Shown here: positions 10,023 through 19,051 of the stretch, piece after piece
How positions within the stretch are numbered: position 1 is the first letter of the stretch
Layout: every line of letters starts with the position of its first letter
NCBI GenBank assembly: GCA_965228855.1
Contig: CBDDIJ010000002.1
Location: 1,888,001-1,952,000 of the forward strand
Origin: Candidatus Obscuribacterales bacterium
Lineage (GTDB): Bacteria; Cyanobacteriota; Vampirovibrionia; Obscuribacterales; Obscuribacteraceae
Reading direction: 5' to 3'
DNA: 64,000 nt
Translations under genes and position numbers: made by a program
Notes under the pieces: model-generated
Told to the model about the DNA's origin: nothing
Databases searched by the model: none
The model's input: the letters and a program-made list of their open reading frames with translations, nothing else

Positions 10023-10991
10023 ATGGGCAAGATAGCGTTTGTTTTTCCGGGACAGGGATCGCAGTCTCAAGGAATGGGAAAAGATCTTTACGATAACTTT
10101 CCGGAAGCAAAAGAAACGTTTGAGTCGATAGATAAAATCGCAGGACGCGAACTCTCCAAACTGTGTTTCGAAGGTCCGGATACGGAGCTGAAGAAGACAG
10201 TCAACACTCAACCGACGATCATGCAGGTTTCTCTGGCTGCCTGGAAGGCTTATGAGAAACTTGGCGGTCCTGCTCCGGACTTCGTTGCCGGGCACAGTCT
10301 CGGTGAGATCACAGCACTTGTGGCGGCAGGAACGTTGTCACTCGACGATGCAGTAAGACTTATCGACAAACGCGCACGCTTGATGGAAGAAGCTCCGAAA
10401 GGCGCTATGGCTGCGGTTCTCAAAGTTGCTCCTGATGTGCTTGAGCAAGTGGTCGCTTCTGTTCGTGAAGCGCGTAAGAGTGAAGGCAAAAGTGATGATG
10501 AGGCATGCCTGGTAGTTGCGAACTTGAACACACGCGAACAACTGGTCATATCCGGCAATCCGGATGCCGTGAGCGAAGGTGGCAAGAAGGCCAAAGAAGC
10601 AGGCGGCAAGGCGATTCCATTGCCGGTTGGTGGCGCATTCCACTCACCGTTGATGACTCAAGCTGCTCGTGAGTTCGAGGCAGAGCTGAGCAAAGCGGAA
10701 CTCAAAGATGCAAAATGCGAAGTAGTTCAAAATTACGACGCCAAAGGAAGTCGTTCGGCTTCCGATATTTGCGCCAAGCTCGCGAAGCAGATGGAGAGCC
10801 CGGTTCGCTGGTATGAAACCGTTGACTACATGGTGGCAAACGGAGTTGATACTTTTGTCGAAATTGGACCTGGAGCCGTTCTCGCCGGTTTGGTCAAGAA
10901 GATCAACGCTGACGTGAAGGTGGTCAACATCAACGATACTGAGAGTTTGAAGGCTGCAATCGACAGCCTGAAGCACCCGGTCGCCAAGTAA
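10023..10991 (+). CDS. fabD: Malonyl-CoA:ACP transacylase
   Basis: FPGQGSQ, GHSLGE, AFHSPLM, VEIGPG. Confidence 0.97.
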   Translation: MGKIAFVFPGQGSQSQGMGKDLYDNFPEAKETFESIDKIAGRELSKLCFEGPDTELKKTVNTQPTIMQVSLAAWKAYEKLGGPAPDFVAGHSLGEITALVAAGTLSLDDAVRLIDKRARLMEEAPKGAMAAVLKVAPDVLEQVVASVREARKSEGKSDDEACLVVANLNTREQLVISGNPDAVSEGGKKAKEAGGKAIPLPVGGAFHSPLMTQAAREFEAELSKAELKDAKCEVVQNYDAKGSRSASDICAKLAKQMESPVRWYETVDYMVANGVDTFVEIGPGAVLAGLVKKINADVKVVNINDTESLKAAIDSLKHPVAK

Positions 10992-11036
10992 AATTGGTGG
11001 TCCTTTGATCGGTCGCCAGGCGACCAGGAGAAGCCC

Positions 11037-11738
11037 ATGCCTAAATCCAAACGCGAGCCGCTATCACTGACGACTCCGGCACAGTATGAAGGCAAGGAGG
11101 GACCATACTGGCTAAATCAAGCTCGAAAACTCTCCGCAAGCGGCGAGTTTGATAAAGCCGGCGCTATGTACGAATTGGCTCTGGAGTGGGCTTCTACGAA
11201 TGACCCATTTGAGCCGGACCGGGACGCCGAATTTTCAAAATCTGTTTTAAACGCGTACGTTAATTTCCTTGAAAATCACGGACTTCGAGAGGAAAGTGTA
11301 AAATTTCACAGAAGTCTTGTCGAGGAGTGGGAGCAGGCTTACTTGCTGCTTGTCGATCTGGCGAAAGCGTCCCGCGTGTACGATGAGATGGTTGCCGATC
11401 TGGGTTTTGAAGCGTTTCCGGTTCTGATCGAAAATCTGGCTTCCAGTGTGTCCGAAGAAAATCCGGAGTTGCGAAGTTCAATACTCAACCTTGCCGGATT
11501 GCACCTGGTAAGCATGTCCGGTCTGGTCGAAAAAATTGGATTGATCGCAAAGCGTCTCGACCTTAAAAACCCTCAGCATGCCATTCTTCGTAATCGAGTC
11601 GAAAAATTGATTAAGCGTGTCGAGAACAATTCGAATTCGTTCAACGAGGAAACTTTTGCCAATCACGACCAGCTTGATAGCATGCTCAGCCAGCTTGCCG
11701 AGGAGCAATTGTTTCAGTTACGGAAGCTTTTGAGATGA
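11037..11738 (+). CDS. Hypothetical helical protein (TPR-like N-terminus)
   Basis: 233-aa ORF with AGGAG SD; helical pattern; no family recognised. Confidence 0.7.
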   Translation: MPKSKREPLSLTTPAQYEGKEGPYWLNQARKLSASGEFDKAGAMYELALEWASTNDPFEPDRDAEFSKSVLNAYVNFLENHGLREESVKFHRSLVEEWEQAYLLLVDLAKASRVYDEMVADLGFEAFPVLIENLASSVSEENPELRSSILNLAGLHLVSMSGLVEKIGLIAKRLDLKNPQHAILRNRVEKLIKRVENNSNSFNEETFANHDQLDSMLSQLAEEQLFQLRKLLR

Positions 11739-12056
11739 GATGTGATACTACAGGCGGTTTTGTCGGTTAAGGAGTCAAGTCTCCGCTGCCTGCTGTAAAT
11801 CTTTGTAAGCCTGTTACAGTGAGAGTTCTCGCGGTCTGAGAATTTGTTGCGTGTATGTGACGATACACTTCACTGAGAGAGCCTGGCGGTTTTCGTTACA
11901 ATCGTCCTATGGCAAGACTGGCTTCTAGATTGGCGTTTCATGTTTGAGTTGTAAACATTAATGACTTGCCAGCAAAGCAGGTTCTGCTAAGGTGGGCTTA
12001 ATCAACAGCGCAGCTCGAATATCAGCTTCGTTCGAAACGCGCTAATGGAGGCGTCC

Positions 12057-12995
12057 ATGCAAAACCTGAATTTTAAAACCGAAGATATCAACTCGAATAT
12101 AAACAACTTACCCTCACAAAAAATAGCGAAGACCAAATTAGTAATCACCGATGTAGACGGCACTATGGCTTCGTTTTGGGACTACTTCGTCCCCGCGATC
12201 CGCGATTTCATGCGCGAGATGAGCGGTCGCTCCAAAAAATCGTTGCACGAACTGGCTCAAGATATCGGGCATGTGATCGAGCGTCGTGGCACCCACGAAT
12301 ACCCCTGGTTGCTGGAAGAGACTGAGTTCGCCTGGAGTTATTACGTCGATGAGCCGGAGGAGTTTATCGAGAGTTTTGTTAAACCATTCTGGCAGGCCGT
12401 CGATGAGAACCGGGCGAAATACCTGCGGCCGTATCCTCAAGTGCTCGAGACGCTGGCAGAGCTTAAGGCGCGTGATATCAAAGTTGTCGCACTGAGCGAC
12501 GCGCCGGAATACATGGCACGGGTACGTAACAAACAAATTTTCGATGGTCTTCTAGATGCAGTTTATTCACTTGAAACAAAAGAGCCTGATGAAGGCGATA
12601 TTTATCAACCGATTGAGTTCACTCACGGCAGAGCCCGTGTCAAGCAGCTTCGCGCCGACACCGCCGATCTCACGACACCGTTGCATATCCTGCCTCAGTC
12701 ATACGAAAAGCCGTGCACTCATGGAATCGATAGAGTACTTGCAGACTTCGACGTCTATCCGGCTGAGGTAGTATTCATAGGCGACAGCCTCAACAAAGAT
12801 GGGTTGGTTGCTGCGTCTCGCGGGATGCGTTTTGTCTGGGCGCACTATGGGATATCTTTGCCGGCTGAATATGAAGAGCTGGTTAATCATTCGTTGAAAC
12901 CCGTTGGCATTACTCCTATCCAACAGCGAAGAATGCCTCAGCACCTGATCTCGGCGGTAGCGGCGCGCTACGACGAATTGCTCAACATCGTTTAA
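12057..12995 (+). CDS. HAD-superfamily hydrolase
   Basis: Motif I DVDGT, motif II LSD, motif III EKP, motif IV IGDSLNKD. GGAGG SD before ATG 12057. Confidence 0.9.
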   Translation: MQNLNFKTEDINSNINNLPSQKIAKTKLVITDVDGTMASFWDYFVPAIRDFMREMSGRSKKSLHELAQDIGHVIERRGTHEYPWLLEETEFAWSYYVDEPEEFIESFVKPFWQAVDENRAKYLRPYPQVLETLAELKARDIKVVALSDAPEYMARVRNKQIFDGLLDAVYSLETKEPDEGDIYQPIEFTHGRARVKQLRADTADLTTPLHILPQSYEKPCTHGIDRVLADFDVYPAEVVFIGDSLNKDGLVAASRGMRFVWAHYGISLPAEYEELVNHSLKPVGITPIQQRRMPQHLISAVAARYDELLNIV

Positions 12996-13069
12996 TTCAC
13001 TTAAAAGTCGATCGTGCGGCAGTTTATGTCAAAATTATGCGATGTAGTCCGCCGCACGGTTTCTAGACG

Positions 13070-14452
13070 ATGTCTGAAAATCATGAGCTGATAATTCCCA
13101 GAGCCGCTTTTCCCGCCCATCGGGACGAAATGCAAGCGGGGCATCGAGCGCGTGCCTTCCGTCGTCTTGGATTGGATGCGGCTGAGACGCCTTCGGCGGC
13201 GAGCCTGCGTTGCATGATACCGTCAGCAGTGGCTGCTGCATTTCTTTTGATCTCGTCTGCAATGTCAGATGGTGGAGCCGCTCATGCCGTTTTTGGCATG
13301 TTCAACAAAAAGAATTCCCCTGGAAAAACTCAACCGAAAGCGGAGATACATTCGCAGTTGCCGGGCAAGGCTCAAAGTGATGACGACTTGCTTCCGCCCC
13401 CGACGGAGCCGCAAGTCGAACCTCATTCTGCAGTTGGCGAGTCCAGTTTGCCGGAACTAAGTCGAGATGAAGTAAATACATCGCCTGACGTAGACACATC
13501 TCCGGAAATTGATTCTGAACCAGCGATTTTGCAACCGCGAGTGTTGCCCCATGCTGCTTTGGATGCTTTGTTTGACTCGAAAACTGATCCGGAGCCCAAG
13601 ATTGACGCGCCTCAAGTTTTGCCGCATGCGGAGTTGGATACCGTGCCGCAGGCTTTAGAGCCGAAGATAATTCCGCACGTCGAAATCGATTCCGAATCGG
13701 CTCCTGCTCCTATCCTCCAGCCGAAGACTGTTCTTCATAAGGAGCTGGACGTTTCCGGCACTTTTGACGAATCGAAGCGTGATTTCCGGTTGGAAGGCGA
13801 GCCGCTTAGTGCCGCCCAGTTGGTTAAGCTGGGAGGCGCGGCGACTCCACCAGCTCTTTCCGCTCGACTTTGGAAGTGGTTGAGCGACATCGAATTGCGC
13901 CCTGCGTCTCGAAGCGCAGCAACAAAGAAAATCCGTGCCGGTATTATCGCTCGCGCAAAGAAGCACAAGTTAATCTCGCTGGATGAGATGATTGATTTCT
14001 ACAACTCCGCGAGAATGGATGGTGACCCGCGATTGGCCGGAGTTTGTTTGGAAATTATTCTGCAACTTCAGGACCCTAATACGGTCGTCAACCTTCCCAA
14101 TTTTGGGCTGCCCCGTCCGAGTCTTGTTGAAGAACAGTTCTATCAATTCGATCGGCACTTTGCGAAGGATGAGTTCAAAGAGGCAATAGACGCATTCATT
14201 CGCGCATGCGACGCGGCGTACGGAAACCCGCTCGTAATGCCGATTATGGGCAAGTTGACCTGGAAGGAGCGCCTGGACAAAATCAACGACAACGTCGAGC
14301 CCGAACTTGCAGCACCGGCTTCGGCGGCTTATGCAAAACTGACTGCGCGCATGTCTGACTTGTCGAAACTGGCGGAATTTCGTCCGCGGTACTCGTTTGA
14401 CATCGAGGATGATTTCGCTAAGCCAATGGCAAAAAACAGATGGGAATTCTAG
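13070..14452 (+). CDS. Hypothetical exported or membrane-anchored protein with internal peptide repeats
   Basis: Hydrophobic segment AVAAAFLLISSA, Pro/acidic linker with repeated PxVLPHxxLD-like motif, helical C-terminal domain. True start uncertain. Confidence 0.7.
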   Translation: MSENHELIIPRAAFPAHRDEMQAGHRARAFRRLGLDAAETPSAASLRCMIPSAVAAAFLLISSAMSDGGAAHAVFGMFNKKNSPGKTQPKAEIHSQLPGKAQSDDDLLPPPTEPQVEPHSAVGESSLPELSRDEVNTSPDVDTSPEIDSEPAILQPRVLPHAALDALFDSKTDPEPKIDAPQVLPHAELDTVPQALEPKIIPHVEIDSESAPAPILQPKTVLHKELDVSGTFDESKRDFRLEGEPLSAAQLVKLGGAATPPALSARLWKWLSDIELRPASRSAATKKIRAGIIARAKKHKLISLDEMIDFYNSARMDGDPRLAGVCLEIILQLQDPNTVVNLPNFGLPRPSLVEEQFYQFDRHFAKDEFKEAIDAFIRACDAAYGNPLVMPIMGKLTWKERLDKINDNVEPELAAPASAAYAKLTARMSDLSKLAEFRPRYSFDIEDDFAKPMAKNRWEF

Positions 14453-14464
14453 ATCGATCTCGAT

Positions 14465-15643
14465 CTAGTTTTTTACCGCTTCATTCACTACTTTGCGAAT
14501 TTTACAATTGCGTTTCTCAAGCTCAGCGAAGTATTGATCTGTATCAACCGCCACTTCCGGAGCCAACACTCCATGTTTTTTGATACGTCCGTCGACGATC
14601 ATCTGTGCCACTATGGAAGGTGGCACACCCGTGTTTAAATCTCCTGCCCCGATCTGGCGCTCGGAATCTGATGTTGCTGTTTCAAACATAATGATATGAA
14701 CAGCTTCGTTTCCTTTCTTCCCTTTGACGTCGACGCGCAGAATTTCAACATCGTTGACTGCGGGCTTGGTGTAAGGGATTTGAGCGATCATGTGCGCAAG
14801 CATCTTGCGCGGGTGAAATTTGCCTTCCGCTGTTTCAATCGGCTCCGGCTTGCCGAAGCCCAGTTTCACGAATAGTTCGAGCTTCTCGTGTAATTCCTTG
14901 GGGAGAGCCAGGCGGAAGTAGACGTTTTTAATTCCCCTGTCCCTGTAAGTCATCGGAAGGGTTGCGACTTCCGAGTGCAAGGTATAGATTGCCGGCTGCG
15001 TTCCAACCGGGTCTCCGAATTCGATATTCTTTTGCATAGCCAGCGGGTTGCGTCCTTCGGCTACACCATTTTCAAAAACCATTGCGTCTTTGGTGTACTC
15101 ATCGAATAGAGTATCCAGCATGTAAGGTGGGTAGAACGGGTGATCTGATGCTTCTGCGAAGTCGATGGAACCACACGCTATATCTATTAGTTCGACCTCG
15201 TCGAGGTCTTTTGCAGCCGCCGCTGCAAGCAGATTGGTGGTACCGGGGGCGGCGCCACTTCCGAGTACCGCCACGAGATCGGCTTTCGCGAATTCGTCGT
15301 GCAACTCAAGTTGCTTCATGGTTGTGTGATACAGTCCGCCCAGGTCTGTGTAAGAGCAGCCCGCTTTGAGCGCGGCTTTCATCACATCGACGTTGAAATA
15401 ATAAGGTGTCGAGTTTACGACGCACTGCCCTTTCTTGAGCAAGGCGACAAGTGCCTCTTCGTTTTTAATATCGATTTTTTCGGCTTCGACATTGGGTCTT
15501 TTGACAAGTTCCGCTATTCGCTCATTACCTTCGATATTGAAATCGCCGATGATAATCTTAGTGTCTTTCGCGGTATCAGCCAGATCCTGGACGATGATTT
15601 GCCCCATCGCGCCAGCTCCGCCAAGAACAATTATCGTGTGCAC
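14465..15643 (-). CDS. Saccharopine dehydrogenase-like oxidoreductase
   Basis: Rossmann GGAGAMG, SYTDLGG, GAAPGTTN, HSEVATLP, GVLAPE. Confidence 0.88.
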   Translation of the reverse strand: MHTIIVLGGAGAMGQIIVQDLADTAKDTKIIIGDFNIEGNERIAELVKRPNVEAEKIDIKNEEALVALLKKGQCVVNSTPYYFNVDVMKAALKAGCSYTDLGGLYHTTMKQLELHDEFAKADLVAVLGSGAAPGTTNLLAAAAAKDLDEVELIDIACGSIDFAEASDHPFYPPYMLDTLFDEYTKDAMVFENGVAEGRNPLAMQKNIEFGDPVGTQPAIYTLHSEVATLPMTYRDRGIKNVYFRLALPKELHEKLELFVKLGFGKPEPIETAEGKFHPRKMLAHMIAQIPYTKPAVNDVEILRVDVKGKKGNEAVHIIMFETATSDSERQIGAGDLNTGVPPSIVAQMIVDGRIKKHGVLAPEVAVDTDQYFAELEKRNCKIRKVVNEAVKN

Positions 15644-15783
15644 AACCTTATGCCCCGTCTTTTTTCGCTATGTAAATGCGAGTACCTTGAAAGCGCTCGC
15701 GGTGCCCTCATTGTAATCTATAAGTTGGATATCCGTTGCGCATTTAGCTCGAGCTCGACTCGAGCTGGGCTTGACATCGATGT

Positions 15784-17892
15784 TTACTCATCGTTTGTGA
15801 GCGCCTTGCTGCTGAGATCCATTTGCGTTCCGTCGAGGAGGGCGGGCGCATCATTGATTTGGCTCGGCGACACCTGGTCTTTGTCGACTTCGATGCTCAG
15901 ACCTGGGCGCCCTTTGAATATTCGGAGTTCCTTGAGTCCAATGTTTTCATTCTCCGCGACATCCAATAGCTGCAATGTGTTCAAAGACGCGAGCTCAGTA
16001 AGCGCCGAGCGAGTGAGCTTATTTCCGTTGACCCAGAGTTTTCGCAACAGAGATAGTTTTTTCAGAGTGGCGTAACTGCTCGGTTCAAAAGGGCCACAAT
16101 GAGCGATGCTCAAATCATAGAGAGTGGAAATTCCGGAAATCTTGACGAGATCATCATCGTCGATGCCGGTCTCATCCAGATGCAAAACGGCTAAGGCTGG
16201 CAGTTTCACGATTCTGTCGATCATGTTGTGTGAAACTTTGCTCGCTGATATTTCGAGATGAACAAGTGATTTCATGCTCGTGATTTGTTGCACGGCCTGC
16301 TCGTCGAGCTTGCCTTCTCGGATCTCCAGATGCGTCAGTCTGGGATTGTCGACAGTTTTAATAGCCTCATTTGAACCGGCGACGTTATTGAGCCGCAGCG
16401 AAATCAGGCGTTTGAGCGAGACCAGGCGTTTGAGGTTGGGAAGCGAAATTTTACACTGGCGTAAGTTCAGATCGGTGATAGTTTTATGTTCTTCAATGAT
16501 GTGCGTCATCGCATCGTCAACATTCGAAAGGTTGATTTTCAGAAACGTGACCTGTGGATAATTTTCAAGGGCATCGTCGAGTTCCTCCGCAGTGGTCACG
16601 CTATGCGCGACGGCGAGCTTGTCGGAGTGGACTGTCCTACCTGTAATTGTGAAGGTGGGATTGAAGGTTTTGTCATCGGTCAGAGTATCGAACGGACCAT
16701 AAATCGATTTGGCGGACTCAACTTCGTCCGGATTTAAAAAGGTCTTCTCTTTCTTTGCTTTGGCCTTCTTTATCTCGATTGACTTGCGCTCTTCTTCCTG
16801 TTTCATCGACTGCATTTGAACAGTTGCGATCCATAGAATCGCTCCCAGTACTGCCACCACCAGCAGTGTTGGAGTCCAGTTGCGCGACGGGCTCGTGACG
16901 TCCGGTTCGACAGGCCTGTTGTCCTGTTGTTTCGATTCGCCGAGCAGGTTTTCCACTTCCAGCAAAACCTCTTGAACTACATTCATATCCTGAAACCGAT
17001 CCGCCGGGTCCTTTTCCAGGCAATTCGCTACAAGCGCTTCGGTTTCGTTTAAAAACACTTTGGCGCTGCGCTCGCGCAGCATCGGAGCGCGATTATGCGC
17101 ATGCATATTAATCGTTTCCATCACGCTTCTTCCGAGGAAAGGCACCTCGCCGGTAAGTGCTTCAAACAGAAGGCATCCGAAAGAATAGATTTCGGAGCGC
17201 TGATCGTAGCGAAGACCGTTGGCAATGTCGGGTGACATGTACGCCGGCGTACCGGCTAATGTGTTGCCCTGCTGCGCCATATCTTCGCCCGGCTTTTCGA
17301 CCTGCGCGACTCCGAAGTCAATGAGCTTGGCGTCGATAATTTGATCTTGTTCGGTTTGGATAAGCAGGTTGGATGCACTGATATCGCGGTGGAATATGTT
17401 CAGCGAGTGGGCCAACGCAAGTCCCTCCGCGATGGCTGCGAAGATCCGCATAGCAACTAATTCGTCGAGAGGTCCATGGTCATGAATGTAGTCCGCTAGT
17501 GTCACGCCCGGAAAGTATTCGAGCACCATATACGGTGTCCCGGAAGGTGTCGGACCGAAATCCAGAAGTTCGATAATGGCCGGATGGCTGAGGTTTGCCA
17601 GGGCGCGAGCTTCTGATTGAAACCCGATGAGCTGCTCTGCTGTCAGTTCGTGAAGTACCTTGACGGCCACCAGTTTAAACAGCAGGCGATCGCGTGCCAG
17701 GTACACCTCTCCGGCACCGCCCTTGCCCACCTTCTTTAGAGGTTTGTATCTGCCTGTAGGAAAGCGACTTCCGTCAATTGCCAACTCTACTTCATCAACC
17801 GGTTCCACTGTTTCAGTCGCGGGTCGCGATGCTGCTGCCAGTGTTTTTCGAGCAGATGAGTCGCCTCCGCATCTGCAAATGGCTTCGGACAT
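15784..17892 (-). CDS. Ser/Thr protein kinase - TM - LRR protein; frame is open further upstream to 18120 with Cys-rich repeats
   Basis: GKGGAG, VAVK, HRDISASN, DFG, GTPAYMSPD; TM LLVVAVLGAILWI; C-terminal LRRs. Confidence 0.92.
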   Translation of the reverse strand: MSEAICRCGGDSSARKTLAAASRPATETVEPVDEVELAIDGSRFPTGRYKPLKKVGKGGAGEVYLARDRLLFKLVAVKVLHELTAEQLIGFQSEARALANLSHPAIIELLDFGPTPSGTPYMVLEYFPGVTLADYIHDHGPLDELVAMRIFAAIAEGLALAHSLNIFHRDISASNLLIQTEQDQIIDAKLIDFGVAQVEKPGEDMAQQGNTLAGTPAYMSPDIANGLRYDQRSEIYSFGCLLFEALTGEVPFLGRSVMETINMHAHNRAPMLRERSAKVFLNETEALVANCLEKDPADRFQDMNVVQEVLLEVENLLGESKQQDNRPVEPDVTSPSRNWTPTLLVVAVLGAILWIATVQMQSMKQEEERKSIEIKKAKAKKEKTFLNPDEVESAKSIYGPFDTLTDDKTFNPTFTITGRTVHSDKLAVAHSVTTAEELDDALENYPQVTFLKINLSNVDDAMTHIIEEHKTITDLNLRQCKISLPNLKRLVSLKRLISLRLNNVAGSNEAIKTVDNPRLTHLEIREGKLDEQAVQQITSMKSLVHLEISASKVSHNMIDRIVKLPALAVLHLDETGIDDDDLVKISGISTLYDLSIAHCGPFEPSSYATLKKLSLLRKLWVNGNKLTRSALTELASLNTLQLLDVAENENIGLKELRIFKGRPGLSIEVDKDQVSPSQINDAPALLDGTQMDLSSKALTNDE

Positions 17893-18120
17893 AATCCACT
17901 GGGTGAGCGAGCCTTTACGCTCTTCTACGATCTTCTTTCCGCATGTCGAACACAGGACGACATCCTGGGTCGACTCGACAGCAGAGGTGTCAACATCGCA
18001 ATTGCATGCGCTGGGACTTAATATCCATTGCGTCAGAGACGCGTCCTTTTTTTGACGTCGTGACCGTCCGCAAATGTTACAGGTCTCGAGTTTACTGATA
18101 GTTATTCGACTTGCTCGGGT

Positions 18121-18660
18121 TTAGTAGTTCTTCTGGCTGGTGCCGCTTGAATAGCTTGCTGCGCCGCCACTGAAATTGACGTTGACGTTGGCGTTGGTAT
18201 TACCGTAATTTGCTGCGCCGCCATTTTGCCCAGGCACATAGAAGTAGCCCTGTTGTTGCTGCTGCTGCTGCTGAACGGGTCTGCGTTGGCCGCCCTGCTG
18301 ACCCCCCACCGTAATGGTTTTCTGAGGAGTGACCGCGTACGTCGGCACTGCAGTTTTGAATTTGTCAGGCGCTCCACCGAGGTAGAAGTTGTCGCCGGAA
18401 GTTCCGACGGTTCTTCCCCACGAGACGCCGGGTAGTAACTGGTTGGCCTTCTGACCTACGCCTCCGGTAATAACACCTTTGGCGGTGTTGTTGATGGCGC
18501 CCGTCGGAATGTAAGTGGACTCGTGCTGGACGTAACCGACAGAGGATTGGTTGACGACTCTGGAGTTGCCGTAATTGTAATGATAATTCTGAGCGTTTGC
18601 CGGAAGGACGGCGGCGCAGAGGGTTATGACGGAAAAAGCAACTTTGCTGATATTTCTCAT
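18121..18660 (-). CDS. Secreted low-complexity Gln/Asn/Gly-rich protein
   Basis: Signal peptide ending ANA-Q; Q8 run; N/G/Y-rich composition. Confidence 0.8.
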   Translation of the reverse strand: MRNISKVAFSVITLCAAVLPANAQNYHYNYGNSRVVNQSSVGYVQHESTYIPTGAINNTAKGVITGGVGQKANQLLPGVSWGRTVGTSGDNFYLGGAPDKFKTAVPTYAVTPQKTITVGGQQGGQRRPVQQQQQQQQGYFYVPGQNGGAANYGNTNANVNVNFSGGAASYSSGTSQKNY

Positions 18661-19051
18661 GGCGACTCACAAACAACGTTGGGATGGGGTCACAGGGTCA
18701 ATATACCCGTGGACGATGGGCTGCCTAACGACGTTTTGATATTTGCGGACTAGTAAAGGTGAACGTCAGTTTAAGAATACCATGATGTCAAGAATGTGCA
18801 AGTCTATTTAACCAAACCAAATGCGCTGCCGGTGCCACATTCCGTTTCCTCAGGGTTTCGGAACTACCTCTTTTCAGTGTCGTCAACTGAACCGTCGGAA
18901 ATTCTGATTTCTTCTCCCTTGTAAAGAAACCTCCGGCGAAGGCTGTATTTATTGCGTTAATTACAATCCGATCATGCCAGAAACTGGCATTCAACGCACA
19001 ATAAGGAACGCTTGAGTTTGCAGACGTTAGTGTCAGTGGGATTCTTGATTA

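Noticed and set aside
15746..15766. Palindrome AGCTCGAG-N5-CTCGAGCT after the kinase gene
   Set aside because: Single hairpin without a U tract; no other copies noticed.
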